A DNA stretch of 64,000 bases from Mobula hypostoma (Eukaryota): NCBI RefSeq assembly GCF_963921235.1, contig NC_086108.1:81842001-81906000 (forward strand). Reading direction: 5' to 3'. Shown piece by piece: positions 12,801-27,800 of the stretch (positions are counted from its first letter, which is position 1; the number at the start of each line of letters is the position of its first letter). Under the pieces are notes generated by a model. The model saw nothing but the letters and a program-made list of their open reading frames with translations. It was not told where the DNA came from and did not search any database. The position numbers were made by a program, and so were the translations under genes.

Positions 12801-15800
12801 AAAGCAAGTATTTTGAGCTACTGCAGGGAAAAGCAAATAACAGAATGCAGAATATGGTGTTACCATTGCGGAGGATGTGCGGATGGACAATATGGTGTAA
12901 TGGCCATGATGAGACCAATTCTAAGTTCAGGAGGTCATCCTTAAGGTGCAAGAGGTCTGTTCAAAAATCTTATAACAGCAAAATAGGGCACTCTTGAATG
13001 GACCGCTAAAAGATGAACTCTACATTTCCCAATCAGAATCAGGTTTAATATCATTGGCATATGTCATGAAGTTTGTTGTTTTGCAGCAGTAGTACAGTGC
13101 AATACATAAAATAAGCAAAAATTACAATTATATATAGTGCAAAAAGAGAGTAAAATATTGGGGTAGTGATCGTGGGTTGGTTCATGCTGTAGTCTTTGCA
13201 CTTTATTTGTCTCCTTGCACTGTATGTTTCCTGTTATCATAACATTGTTCTGCATTCTGTTCTTTTTATTACCTCAGTGTAATTGTGTATGAACTAATCT
13301 GACTGGCACACAAACAAAAATTTCTCAGTGATTCTTGTTACATGTGAAAAAAAATCAATAACAATACCATGTTATTTTATTCTCACAATCCCATTGACTA
13401 CACTCTGGACTCCACACTTAAATATGACCTATATACAGGTATCAGTTTTAATGATAAATTGTGTTTTGAGTGTGACCTTATAATGATTGATTTGCTACAG
13501 TTATACATATTAAATCTTGATTATTAGTTATAATTTGACATACTTTGCATGTTAAATGTCTCCTAGCTTAAAAAAAAGGATTCTGTGGCATAGTGGATAA
13601 GAAAAGCAGGGTTTCTTAGATTAACAAAATAGTATCCAGATTATGTTGGGATTAATGTAATGAAGAAATTTAAATAAATGAATCCCTTGGGTGAAATAAC
13701 ACATCTAAATTATTTTTCTACAGGTAGCACGTGCAGTACTGGAAGTGAGGGTGAATCAACCACACTACATGCCGGCATATGTGTGAAGCAGCATTCTGTC
13801 TCCACCAAAGATACTCTTATTGCTCGAGAGGCCTTATCGCTTCTGGTTACATGTTTACAGCTGCGAAGCCAGCAGCTAGGTAATGCCTTTCGCAGATACG
13901 TTTGTTTCATATGACAATTGATCTACTAAGGCAGAGGTTCCCAACCTTTCCATGCCATGGGCCAACACCATTAAGCAAAGGGTTTGTGGACCCCAGGTTG
14001 GGAACCCCTATACTAAGATGATATTTTCTTTCATATTCTTATCCAACTGCATCAGACTGTTAATTCCCCTTTTTTAAAACAAAATGTGTTTTGCTTTTTG
14101 AGTAAATCTATATTATCTGTATTAACACTGTCTATATTAACTTTGTCGATATTAAAATAAACAAATTGGATTATTTATCCAACAAAAAGATATGCAGTTA
14201 AAGTACTTTTTGTAAAGTTTTATTTTTGCAGATAGTATGAGAGAATGTACTTCTGTTTCATATTGATATATTCACTGCTTCCTTTCAATTTAATTGCATA
14301 AATAGGGGGAAAAATATTGAGAGAGGGAAAAAGTATTGTTTGTATATTTCTAACTAGATTTCCCAGCATAAACCAGGATTGGCTTTACTAAACTCAACTT
14401 CTAAATGAGGCTAAAAAGTGTATACTGTATGGGATGGGAAACACCTTTGGGTTCTTTTAAACAGAGCAACTGAGATAAAAATAGAAATAAATTGGAACGA
14501 AGCAGGAAGCTGGAGATCATCTTAGTAGTAAGTGGCTATTGGAAGGATAATCTGTACACAGAAAATCAAAGTGATTATCGGGGGATAGAATCTTTTAATT
14601 GTAAAGAGATCTAGTCAGATATGGAGAATATTTAGATGTTGGATGATCAAATTAACTATGGTATACTCTTTAGGTTCATTTTATGTTCTACCTTGTGTGA
14701 GTGATTTTATCATCGATATTCTTCTTGGATCCCCCAGTGCTGAGGTAAGAAAAGTCCAAGACTTAACATGATAATCTGTGGGTGATCTGTCAAATGTTAC
14801 CTTCTTGTGATTCTTTGAGCAAATATGAGATCAAGAATTTATCACATCTGGAATTTGAGAATGACTTTGTTGGAGATTCCCAGTGCCTACCAACCATCTT
14901 GATTTCCAGGGAGTAGAATACAAAATATACAAAGATTTTGGAACTGAACATTGAATGGATTTTTCTGAAAATATCACAGATAATTTAACACATTCAGAAT
15001 GATGACCTTGTTGATCTGAAGGTGATGTCAGATTTTTCATGTTTTCAGATTAGAAGGGTTGCCTGGGACCAGCTGTATACACTGAGTCAGACGGATACAT
15101 CCGCAAACCCAGAAATACAGAAACCTAATCAGTTCCTCCTGCACGTCATCCTTACAACACAGCTTCCACTCTGGTCCCCAACCAGCATCATGCGTGGAGT
15201 CAACCAAAGGTAGTTTTGAATAAGTAAAATGAAAATTACATTAAAATAGATGAAACTTTTAGGACAAGTAAAATTGTTACTATATTTTCGTAATGAAACT
15301 CTTCTAGTATATAGAAGATTTGCAACAATGAGAATTGTCCCTAAATTTTAAACGTTAACTGTGCTGATACAGGATCAGCTTCTTCTCAGCTACATCATAT
15401 TCCTTGATGGTTTAGCTACATTAAAGGGTCTATATAAATGGAGACTACTGTTGTTGATTTTTCAAGTCAAGTACTTTATCTTTACAGTATATGCAGATTT
15501 CCAACATCAATAATTTTTTTTTGTTTTGAAATCAATTCATTCAGTCATGATGGTGTTGGAGTTAAGCTGACACATTAATTGACTGAATTAAATCATTACA
15601 TTTAGTGATTGTTAAGCGTGTAACAGAATAAAATAGCAGGTGCAGACCACCTGGCCCCTCAAGTCTGTTCCACCATTCATCTGCTGTTTTACCTATCCCT
15701 GTAGTCCTCAATTTGCTGATCTTTCACAGATTCATTAACCTTCAATACTGTCATCTCCCTGTGATGGTAAATAACATCCATTTATCTTGAAACAGTGTCC

Positions 15801-18800
15801 CCTCATTTGGGAGTCGCCCACTAGCAGAAACATCCCAATATCAACCTTGTCATGTCCCTTTAAGGTCCTATTTATTTAAATAAAATCACTCTCATTCTTC
15901 TTAATTTGAAAGCTTACCCACTTAACTTCTCTTGATCGGGCATTCTTCGCACCTCAGGAATTAGCCTGGAAAATCTTCTTTGGATTGCCTTCAATGCTAG
16001 TATATCTTTCAGGTAAAGGGATCAAAACTGGTTTCACTAACACCTTGTACAGTCGTTACAAAGCCTCCCTATTTTTGATCTCCAATCCTTTTGCAATTAA
16101 GACCTTTATGTGATTTATGGCTTAACTACTGACTGCATCTGCCAGCTAACTCTTTCTGATTACTGCACAAGCACACCTAGACCCCTCTCTGCTTCACTCT
16201 TATGTTCAATGTAGGCAATAATCTGTCTTTTAGTTCTAAAAGAAATGCCGATTCCTCTAACCTCACAATTTGTCAGATTAAACTGTATTTACTAGCTTTC
16301 CAGCTGCTCACTCAATCTGTCTGTATCCTGTTCAGAGTTGCGATATCCTCTCCAAAATGTGTCCCTCCACCTACTTCGTATAATCAGCAAGCTTGGATAC
16401 CTTACATTCTGCCCCCTGCCCCCAGCAGCTTCCTAACTTCTGTTTTGCAATGTCCAGGTTTTCCAAGACTCAATAGACTTAATTTGGATGAAAATAAGAC
16501 CCATTTATTCCCACTGTTTGCTGTGTGATAACGAGTTTTAAATCCAGTTTTCCAGGATTCAGTAGCCTTAATTTTTTCTTGAATATTATGCATCTTCATT
16601 GCTTCTATTTATACTACAACATTTCTTTGCTTAGGTCAAGTTAATTTTCATATGTACAACTACATGTGCATTGAAAAACTACCTTGCAGTGACTTCACAC
16701 GGATACATCATATAAACAGCATTCACAAAGAAAAATAAAAATTAAACAAATAATTTACATAATTTTTACAAGAAAGAACACCATTAAAATGAAAAAATGC
16801 AAAGTGATCATTGTGTTTCTGAACAGAATAAGGTGATTAGGTTTTTGTAATAACTGAATGGTTGAAGGGAAGTAGCTGTTCTAGAATCTGGTAGTGTGGG
16901 GCTTCAGGTTCTGTAACAGCTTCCCAATGATAGCTGCAAAAAGGTATTGCTGTTTTTTCACTTCCTCCATGATTTTTCCTTAGTATATCCTCGTTTGTGT
17001 TTCCTCTTTGAGTATTGCAAAACTGAGAACTTTTTTTCTCAAATGGGAATTGTTATTGCAGTCTTCTGGAATTTTTTTAAAGAAGTATTTCACATTCAGA
17101 ATCAGGTTTAATATCACTGGCATATATCATGAAGTTTGTTGACTTTGTGGCAACAGTACATTGGACTATATAATAGAAAAATAGCCATGAATTACAGTAA
17201 ATATGCTATATATATGTGTGTGTGTGTGTATATAGAGTGTGTATGTATATATTAAACAGTTACATTAAACAAGTAGTGCAAAAATGGAAATAAAAAAAGT
17301 AGTGCTCATGGGTGCAATGTCCATTCAGAAATCAGGCGGCAGAGGGGAAGAAGCTGTACCTGAATCATTGAGTGTCTGCGTTCATGCTTCTGTACTCCGT
17401 TCCTGATGGTAACAATGAGAACAAGGAATGACCTGGGTGGTGGGAGCCCTTGATGGCGGATACCGACTTTTTGAGGCAATGCTCCTTGAAGATGTCGTGG
17501 GTGCTGCAGAGGCTGGTGCTCGTGAGGGAGCTAAGTTTACAACTCTCTGCAACTTACTTCGATCTTGTGCAGTAGCACCTCACCCCCCACCACCCCCTTC
17601 CCCGGTTAGAATGATCTCCACAGTACATCCAGAAAAATTTAAGTGTGTTTTAGGTGACATACCAAATCTCCTCAAATTCGTAATGAAATATAGCTGCTGG
17701 CATGCCTTCTGTGTAGCTGCATCGATATGTTGGGTCCAAGTTAAATCCTCAGAAATATTGACAGTCAGGAACTTGAACTTACTCACTCATTCCACTTCTG
17801 AGGACTGGTATGTGTTCCCTCTTCTTACCCTTTCTGAAGTGCACAGTGAGTTCTTTTGTCTTACCAAGGTTGCTGCTACAACACCACTCAACTAATCAAT
17901 AAATCTGACTCGTGTATACTCCCTCACACCAACTGAAATTCTGTCAACAATGGTTATATCGTCAGTAAATTTATAGCACCTTTCCTTGGGCAACATTTTT
18001 GGTAAACAGATATTTATAACCTTTATACCTACACTAACCTTCCTCTTTCCTTGCTATCATGCAAGCCTTACCTCTATTACAGACTTGTAAAATATTCTGC
18101 TTAAAATTATATTGGTTCATTTTATTCTAATTGCAAGTCACTGATTTATTTTTCAGACTTTTATCTCAATGTACTGAATATTTTGGCTTGCGTTGCCAGT
18201 TATTGGATGACTTAACATGTAAGTTTTGCAGATTAATATGAAAGTTAAATCAAAATTATAATCATTTTGTTTGTTTGGTCTGTGCTTAAGACTTTCTCAA
18301 TTTACAGTTTCGGAAGAGATTCCTAAAGATAAAAATAATGGAATTGTCAATTGCTTTTTGACTGATTTTAATGGAATTAAACTTAAGTCTCTAACATAGT
18401 TCTTGTACATCAAGGATTTGTTTTGAGAATCATGACAAAATTCAACACTGCAGAAGTTTTACATGAGGTAAATCCATAAAAGCTCACAGTACAGAGGTGA
18501 CACATTCAGACTATCTTGTCGATCCAAACACTATTTTTCTGAATCTCATAACCCTATTTCCTTTTGGTTCAAAGATTCCTGTTGTTGCCTGAAAAGGTGA
18601 CATGTTTTGTGACAGTGATAAAGCACACTATTGCTTAACAATTCTTTGTATAAGGATTTTTAAAAAAGGTGCCTATTTATCCCACCCCTTTTATTCCTGG
18701 TTAGCATTTTAACTTGATAAACTGTTGTTCTTTTCTTCCCATTCAGATAAAAGGTTGTTTTTTATTCATCCCCATCAAAATTATTCATACCTGTTTAAGC

Positions 18801-21800
18801 ATTATTAAATGTCCTGGTAGTCTCCTGTCTATTGGAAATAATCTTGTATCTGGGGTCCTTGTTTATAACTAGATTATTATTTTCTGATTGTTTTGTGAGG
18901 CTTTTGTTATGTGCCTTGCATGGTTTCAATGTTCAATTTAGAACAAAATATAGGAATTTGGGACACTGTCCATTTCCTCTTATACATTTCTCACAACCAT
19001 TTTACATCTGTGTTTAGGTCCCATTTTAAGCAACATCATAACTTGTGTTTGCTGTCTATCAACTATATTTTTTCTGACACGTTGATGCGTCCCAATTAAC
19101 TGGAATCCATTGTATCTTTTTTTTGCCAGGTTGCTTAGGCCAATTCCTTCATTTAATCACTGCAGTTTATTTTAATATCCGTAGTCCAACATTTTTACCA
19201 TTGATCCTTTATTTTCCACTTTTTCGTCAAAGCTGTTTGGAGGTTTAATCAAGCCATACTTTGAGCTTGGATAAAATTAAGGCAAAAATATATTATGAAA
19301 TTGTTAGAAATGCATATTTGCTGTACTTGATTGTTGTTTAAATACTATGTTAGTGCTGGGAACTGAAACAGTTTCATAACCTTCATATCTGCTGTATAAA
19401 TGATTTAATGTGATAAAGAATTATGCGGTGTAAGATTCACTGGGTTACTTTTAATTGTTACCTTAACTATTACTGAAGACCAATTTTGCTTGTATTCTCT
19501 TTTCCATTCTTCTTTAACTTGCATAGTTGATGTGTGCAAGTTCTTATAAAATAATTTGTGCCCTAGTTACACACTAATTTGGAATTTGGTTTAAAATACC
19601 TAAACATTAAGAGCCTTGTATGGATTGGAGAGGGGATAGTTACTTGTAAGTTGAATACCAGGACAAATTCAAGATCTGTTTAATGGAAGTAATGTTTTAC
19701 ACAATTATGATACTCGACCTTGCGATGAGATATTTTAATATTTGTAATTAATTTTAATTTCAAAATAATTAATTTTGATTGTTTTAAGGTTCAGAAATGG
19801 AACAGCTTCATATTAGCCCTGCTGCTATGTTGGAAGATGAAGTTAACTGGCTTGACAACTTTGAGCCTACATGGACAGCTGAATCAGAGACCAGTGAATC
19901 AGATAATGTTCTTCTCGCAGGACATCTGCGCCTTATCAAGACTCTACTGTCACTGAGTGGGCCTGAAAAGGAATTGCTCGGTAATTTCAGTTCATCTTTG
20001 TAGCAACTCGTGGGTTTCTTTTTTATTATTAAATCTGTTTTGATGCAATAAGCAAGCTAGCAGTACTGCTAGTTCTGCCTATTTATGTTGTTGCGAGTAA
20101 TATCCCTTTCCCTTCCCCTTTCGCTTACACGTAATAGTCTTACACATATTACTCATACCTCTAGTTTTACAATAATAGTCTTGGTCATTGACTTGATGTG
20201 TTCAAGAAGCAATAGAAGGGCTCAAGGGCACTGCTGAAAAAAATGGTACTAGTTTAGCACTTTAAACATGTAAAAGACTGTCCGGTACTAAAATCTAGAG
20301 ACCAGGCTGCCATGGGTTTACTTTCATTCTTAACCCTGGGGGAGAAAGTTTGCTGTCCTGCAGGTGTCTTGTACTGAATAAAACATTGGAAACTGCAGCT
20401 TATGAAAGGAAAAGGGAAAGGAGCAACTTTCCTTTTGTACAATTACAGAGAAATGTACAAGGATGCTGCTGGGATACGAGGTCATTGTGCTACAGAGAAA
20501 GGTTGAATATGTTAGGACTTTATTCACTGGGGAATAAGAGACATTTGCAGAATTATTCGGGGTATAAATAGAGTGAATGCATGCAGGCTCTTCCCCTTTG
20601 GGTTGAGTGATACTAGAACCTGAGGTAATCAGTTTAGAGTGAAAGGTGAAATGTTTAAGGAGAATTTAAGGGGAGCTTCTTCACTCAGGGTGGTGCAGGG
20701 GTAGAACAAGCTGCCAGCAGATGTGAAAGTTCAATTGTCACATTCAGGAGAAGCTTGGATAGGTATTCGGGTGGGAGGGGGTGGTCTGGGTGTGGGTAGA
20801 TAGGACCTAGCAAAAGACCTGGCTGGCATGGACTGAGTCGGCCTAGGTGTCTGTTTCTGTGCTGTCGTGCTCTGTGATTACTGGTTACAGTTATTTTATT
20901 GGACTAAAAGGAATCTAAGTGAGGCTGCCTGAGGATGAACAATATTTGTGCATGAAGCCGAAAATAGGCCAATCTGATGCCTGTTAATCGAATAGGTTTG
21001 CAGAGTTGGGAGACACCATAACACAGCTGTTAATACAGTCGGTTTTCAGCACCAACAATCATCAGCAAGGGTTCAGTTCCCTCTGCTGTCTATAAAGAGA
21101 TTGTACATTCTCCCCATGACTGTGTGGGTTTCCTCTTGGTGCTTCAATTTCCCTCCACATTCCAAAGAGATGCAGTTAGTTGGTGGCCATGCTATGTTGG
21201 TACCGGTAGTGTGGCAACACTTGCACATCCTTGCTTATTTGAATTGACACAAATGATGTGTGTTCACTGTATGTTTCAATGTACATGTTACGAAGCTAAT
21301 CTTTAATCTTTATTTTTCTGGATAGAAAAGAAGTTAGCAAGAGAATTTTTTTTTATAAAAATGAAGTTTGATAGTGTGGTTAACCAAGGATAATAATCAT
21401 ACTTTAATGTTAATGCCTGATGAACTGTATTAGTGATGCTGTGGGTTTTAATTGATAGATGCTACTGTTTAACTCCTTGATTTGTATGGAATTTTGTAGG
21501 CAACATAATGTCATCACTTTGAAATTAAACTTGCTTGATTGTCTTCAGGACTCCTAGTTGCTTGGATCTAATGTATGGAAATTTCCACTCATGGATTGTT
21601 CCACAATTTTAAGCCAAGCTACTTGTGTTGTATGTTTTTATTTTGTGAGGAGATAGTAAGGTAATACGCTAGTTAATTGTGTGATTTTATTTCCAAATTA
21701 ACACTTTATAGTTGTTATTTTCCTGATAAAATTATTTGTTACAACTTACCAATTTTATGATCTAATATGCACGTAAATGTTAGAATTAATTTACATATTT

Positions 21801-24800
21801 CTACTGTGAGTAAATTTTTAGGTTGCCAACTATAATGGGTAAGGAACATAATAATTATTCTGTTCATTGAGGGAGCAAACTTGTCATTATGTCTCTCAAA
21901 GTACATATTACCGTTAAAACCTCCAAGTTTATTTTTGTAGGACTTTCAGAAGTTATCTGTGATAGCAATGCTTATCGGTGCACTTTTAAGCTAAGAGAAA
22001 CATAGAAGCAGGAGCAGACCTACAGGCTAATTTTGTACCTCAGTCACATTTCCATCTGATCCTCCAAAATCTATCAATTTCATTCCTGAATATTCTTGAT
22101 GACTGAACTTCCAAAACTCTCTGGATGGAGAATTCCAGAAATTTACAATAACAACTTTTTGCATTGTCTTCTACAAAACTTGATGCATGTATATATCCAT
22201 GTCTAATTGTCACAGCGCCAGTTTTAGAAATGTTTGATTTTGTCCATATTTTGTCTCCTTATTCATGCCAGAATGTGCTTCTCTGTGTTGACTTTAACTG
22301 GATTCTCATCTTTCCATTCTTCCAAACTGCCTCATCTCCCTCAAAATCTACTTCCATTGCCTTGCTTGTTATTTTTTTTCAATTTTCCAAACATCTGCCA
22401 AATATCCAAACATATCTGTATATCTGTGTCCCTATATAAGGTTAGATGCACCCTTACTTAATTTTCTATTACCCCTTTTCCGGGTAATCTTGGATAGTTT
22501 CACCTGTGGTGGGTGAATTCTGTATTTTAAGCAGATTTCAATAGGTTTCAATAGCTACATTTAATGTTAGATAACTGTATTCAATATACATCCTGAAATT
22601 CATTTTTTTTCCGCAAACATCCATGAAAACAGGAGTGCCCCAAAGAATGAATGACAGTTAAATATTAGAACCCCAAAGCTCACCCCCCCAGCTTCCCCCT
22701 CCCACACATAAGCAGCAGCAAGCAATGACCCCCCCCCACTGAGCAGTCAAGCATGCAGAAAGCATCAATAAAGACACAGACTTGCAATACCCCAAAGACT
22801 ACTCGTTCACCCAGTATTCGACATAATACAGGCGCTCTCTCTCTCTCCCTAATAAGGGAAAAAGAGGTGTCTCAGTAGAACAGCGAAGGGGAAGACATAA
22901 CAAAACAACTCGCTGACTTATGGTGTTAAAAGTCTGTTGTGTCACTTTTTCCAAGCTTTGTGCCCAAAGGACTCTGATATCTGGGCACACAGCCAGCAGC
23001 CAGCTTGCTGCTTATGATCTTCTATCTCCCACAACGCATCAGATGGCGGCACCGGCCTCGAGTCTGCCCCCTCCAGAGCCACGAAAATCCGGCACCCTGA
23101 AGGCGAGCTCATCTTCCAGGCTACGTCCTTGGCATATCAAAAAGCGGCCAGCCATGAGGCCCTAACAGCGGGTCCCGTTTCCGCAAAGAACCAAAGTCAG
23201 TGTGTAACTCCAGGTCAGGCTCTTCAAAAGAACCTTGAAAAGGTAAAAAAAAAAAGATATCAAAGATAGTAATAGAGCTGTTTCTGGATGTAAGCAAAGG
23301 AGTCACCGTTATTTAGCCTTTCAAGGAACTCTTAATCAATTTTCTATCAATTATGACAATGGGTGTATCATTAAACTTCTCATTAAACATTTTTGCTCTG
23401 TCTTCTCCAGCATGGGAGTTTATTATTGGTCCCTGATTTTTTATTATATGTATACTCTTTTATTGTAATACATGACTATTTGTTTGCTCTTAAGCTCAAA
23501 TTTCATTTCTAATTGTGCAATTACTTTGCTTATTGTAAACTGCCTTTTGATTTGACTCATTGTTTTTATTTTATTCAGGCCCATCACTAATCAAACAATT
23601 GGTGGAAGACTTCCTATTCCGTGCTTCCAAAATTATCTTGACCAGCAGCAGTCCAGCTGGGAGCTGCTCTATTAGTCAACAGGATTTCCATCCAAAGTAT
23701 GTAAGACCAGTTCTTTTAAATCCTGTTAATAATCAGGCAGTTTATTTTAATTTGTTTCTTAAATATTGTCCATCTGTCAAGCTAGATTCTGCCCAAAATG
23801 TAAGTGATGATCTAGCTCATCTTTCTCTCTTTCAGATGTAGTACAGTCAATAGTCGTCTTGCTGCCTATGAAGTGCTGGTCATGTTGGCAGACAGCTCAA
23901 TGAGTAACCTCCAGCTTATTTCCAATGAGCTGCTTTCAATGCACCACCAATTTGACCCTGCACTTACAAAGGAATTTGAGGTAAGTAAAGTACTGACATA
24001 TATTAGCTTCTATTACTTTGTCATAGATAATATGATATAATTCAGTGCCAGTTGTACCCCAGATACTGTTACCTGAGTATCTCTTGACCATGTGAGGTTG
24101 TGACAGGAGATGCTCCCTTATGGCTGTTGTATCACTCTATCTACACATTTTAACATCCAAGAAATATTGCATAGTTACTTAGTCATTTGACACATATTTC
24201 AAATAATGTTGTGACCAGACTCTACCCATTACTCATGCGATACCCTGACTAATTTACATGTTATTCTAACATAGTTTCCCAGCTCTTATATTGTATATCT
24301 TGTCCAATCTGACTATCAAATTAGCTGGGTAGTTCTGTCCTGTCTAGTAATTTTCAGGAATTTAGGAACAAAGTCCCTTTATATCTCCCAGCCAATCAAG
24401 ATTCCCATTTGTTGCATTTTGCATTTCATCATTCTTGTTTTGCATTGGCCTCTGTTCACCACTGTTTTGGTCAGCTGGCCAGATAGTCCATAACTTCCTA
24501 AAATCCAAAGCAATATCAGTCATAGAGATAATCTTTACATTACCTGCAAACTTCTTTTAATTGTATGTTTGCGTTTAGGTTTAAGTAATTTATGTATGTT
24601 ACAAAAACAAGGGTGTAAGCACTGAGTGTGTAGAGCAATAGTGGTAACAGGCTTTCTCTTTGAAAATACATGTTATGAATCCAATGCATACTAGTGCCAA
24701 GCAATAATGGAAAAGTGTATCCACTGTCATAACTGTAGTTATGGTTCATATTTTTATGTTTACTGCAGCCTTTTTTCCTCCCTTTGTTTTTCTGTCAATG

Positions 24801-27800
24801 TCAGTGATTACTTAAAGTATTATACCCATGCCTCCCTTTTAATTTTCCATTCTTCTTTCGCCTTCTGTAAAACCTTTTTGGCATTTATATCCTTGAATAT
24901 AAGAGATACAGATTCAAAGGTTACACCATAGAAATATAGAAACATAGAAAACCCACAGCACAATACAGGCCCTTCGGCCCACAAAGTTGTGCCAAACATG
25001 TCCCTACCTTAGAAATTATTAGGCTTACCTATAGCCCTCTATTTTTCTAAGCTCCACGGTACCTATCCAAAAGTCTCTTAAAAGACCCTATCGTATCCGC
25101 CTCCACCACTGTTGCCGGCAGCCCATTCCACGCACTCACCACTCTCTGAGTAAAATAACTTAACCCCTGACAATCTCCTCTGTACCTGCTTCCGAGCACC
25201 TTAAACCTGTGTCCTCTTGTGGCAACCATTTCAGCCCTGGGAAAAAGCCTCTGACTATCCACATGACCAATGCCTCTCATGATCTTATACACCTCTATCA
25301 GGTCACCTTTCACGATCTTATACACCTCTATCAGGTCACCTCTCATCCTTCGTTGCTCCAAGGAGAAAAGGCCGTGATCACTCAACCTATTCTCATAAGG
25401 CATGCTCCCCAATCCAGGCAACACCCTTGTAAATTTCCTCTGCATCCTTTCTATGGCTTCCACATCCTTCCTGTAGTGAGGTGACCAGAACTGAGCACAG
25501 TACTCCAAGTGAGGTCTGACCAGGGTCCTATATAGCTGCAACATTACCTCTCGGCTCCTAAATTCAATTCCACGATTGATGAAGGCCAATACACCGTATG
25601 CCTTCTTAACCACAGAGCCAACCTGCGCAGCTACTTTGAGCGTCCTATGGACTCAGACCTCAAGATCCCTCTGATCCTCAACACTGCCAAGAGTCTTACC
25701 ATTAGTACTATATTCTGCCATCATATTTGACCTACCAAAATGAACCACTTCACACTTATCTGGGTTGAACTCCATCTGCCACTTCTCAGCCCAGTTTTGC
25801 ATCCTATCAATGTCCCGTTGTAACCTCTGTCAGCCCTCCACTCTATCCACAACACCTCCAACCTTTGTGTCATCAGCATACTTACTAACCCATCCCTCCA
25901 CTTCCTCATCCAGGTCATTGATAAAAATCATGAAGAGTGAGGATCCCAGAACAGATCCCTGAGGCACTCCACTAGTAAACGATCTCCATGCAGAATATGA
26001 CCCCTCTACAACCACTCTTTGCCTTCTGTGGGCAAGCCAGTTCTGAATCCACAAAGCAAAGTCCCCTTGGATCCCATGCCTCCTTACTTTCTCAGTAAGC
26101 CTTGCGTGGGGTACCTTATCAAATGCCTTGCTGAAATCTATATACACTACATCTACTGCTCTACCTTCATCAATGTGTTTAGTCATTGGGATTAGAGATA
26201 AAATATTATTGTGCTTAAATCTTTTCCTTCGATTTTGCTCCTGTTTACACGTACAGGTATAATTAGCTGTCAGAATGAATTCTACGCTTAAAAAATTTAG
26301 ATGCTTTGAGGTTTTGTTGTATTTTTTTTTTGCCTTCATTCTCTGTTTGTCATCTTAATATATTACCATGGAAGTCTTGTCTCCAATGAAGGATTAGCTT
26401 TTCCCTAGAATGTCTTTCCATGTATCTAGCACATGTTTTATCTACAATTACCCATCAACTTAGTGATATTTTATAAGTCACACTTACTTGGATTGTTCTG
26501 TATTTTTATGATTATGGCTGAATTATTGGAGATTTAATTTAAGCTTGATAAGACGATTTTCTTTTAAATCTTAGTATTTGCCACCTGTTGACAGTCGTGC
26601 CATTTCTGGGTTTGTTGGTTTGAAGAATGGAGGAGCAACATGCTATATGAATGCAGTGTTTCAGCAACTTTACATGCAGCCTGGGTTGCCAGAAGTAATG
26701 TCACTTTTAACTTTACTTTTTAACTGTCTTAACTTTAAGTCTCATTCTTTGTTTCAATAGATGGTAAGAATACAACTTATGAAATGAAGTGGAACTGCAG
26801 TCTTTTTTTCCTTGAGGACAAGCAAGATGGTGTTATAATTTGCACACATCAGTTTCCCATCGTAGTATTCCTTAATATTTTAGTTTAAAAATAAAGTCCA
26901 TGTTCAACATTTTAAAACTTATCCCAATTTGAAACTGCTAGGCTATTTTCAGCCTATTGGTCAGTGCAGGAAACAAGAAGCTCCACAATATCTTGCTGAG
27001 ATTAAGCGTTAAATAAGCAAAACTTTGCATACAGAAAGTCATGTGAACAATCTGGGAATACTCAATGCTTACCAATGTATCTGTTACATTAAAATGTTCT
27101 GTTGCCCACTCATAGGTGGTGTGAGTGGAACCTTATTAATGATGGAAAAGCTAGAGTTTACCTTGAGATGGATTGTCTTTAATATTTTGTGCTGTCAAAC
27201 AGTGATATATCAATAGTCAATGTGCACTCAGGATTGGGAAACAGTGTGTAGTGGAATCAAGACTCCAGCTGTGCAAGAAGGATTTGGTATTCGGTATTTG
27301 GCCCTCTTTGCCAGCCAAGCAAGGTTTGACAGTTCTGGTGATGAGACAGTTTGCTGGTGATCTGGACTGTATACTTGAGGGGGGGTGGTCACCCAATGGA
27401 TTCCAAAATCTTCCTTTTCTGCAGAATCTGGAGGATATTCTATGTAAAATGTTGTGATACATGTATTCTTCATAAGTTCTCCATTTACAGTCAAACTAAA
27501 TGGGATTTTCTGTGGCAAAATGGCTAGACCATAAGGATGGATAGAAGTTAAACATTTAACAGCTGGTGCACAATTTAGGCACATATTGAAACTTGATATT
27601 TATATACCCAGCTTCTTTGAAGCCACATGTAAAGGTAACCAGCTACATGTGGGGTGTCATTGGCTACACTCACACCCCACATTCCACCTTTCTTGGGAAA
27701 TTTCTAGATCAAATCTGTGCAGAGAATCAGTAAGGGTATTAGGGAGATCAGGGGATATCACTTTTGTGTAGGAAGGTAACACTGAAGTAAAAGACCAGGC

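Noticed and set aside
17205..17252. (TA)n/(TG)n microsatellite
   Set aside because: Ordinary short simple repeat within a LINE 3' UTR.
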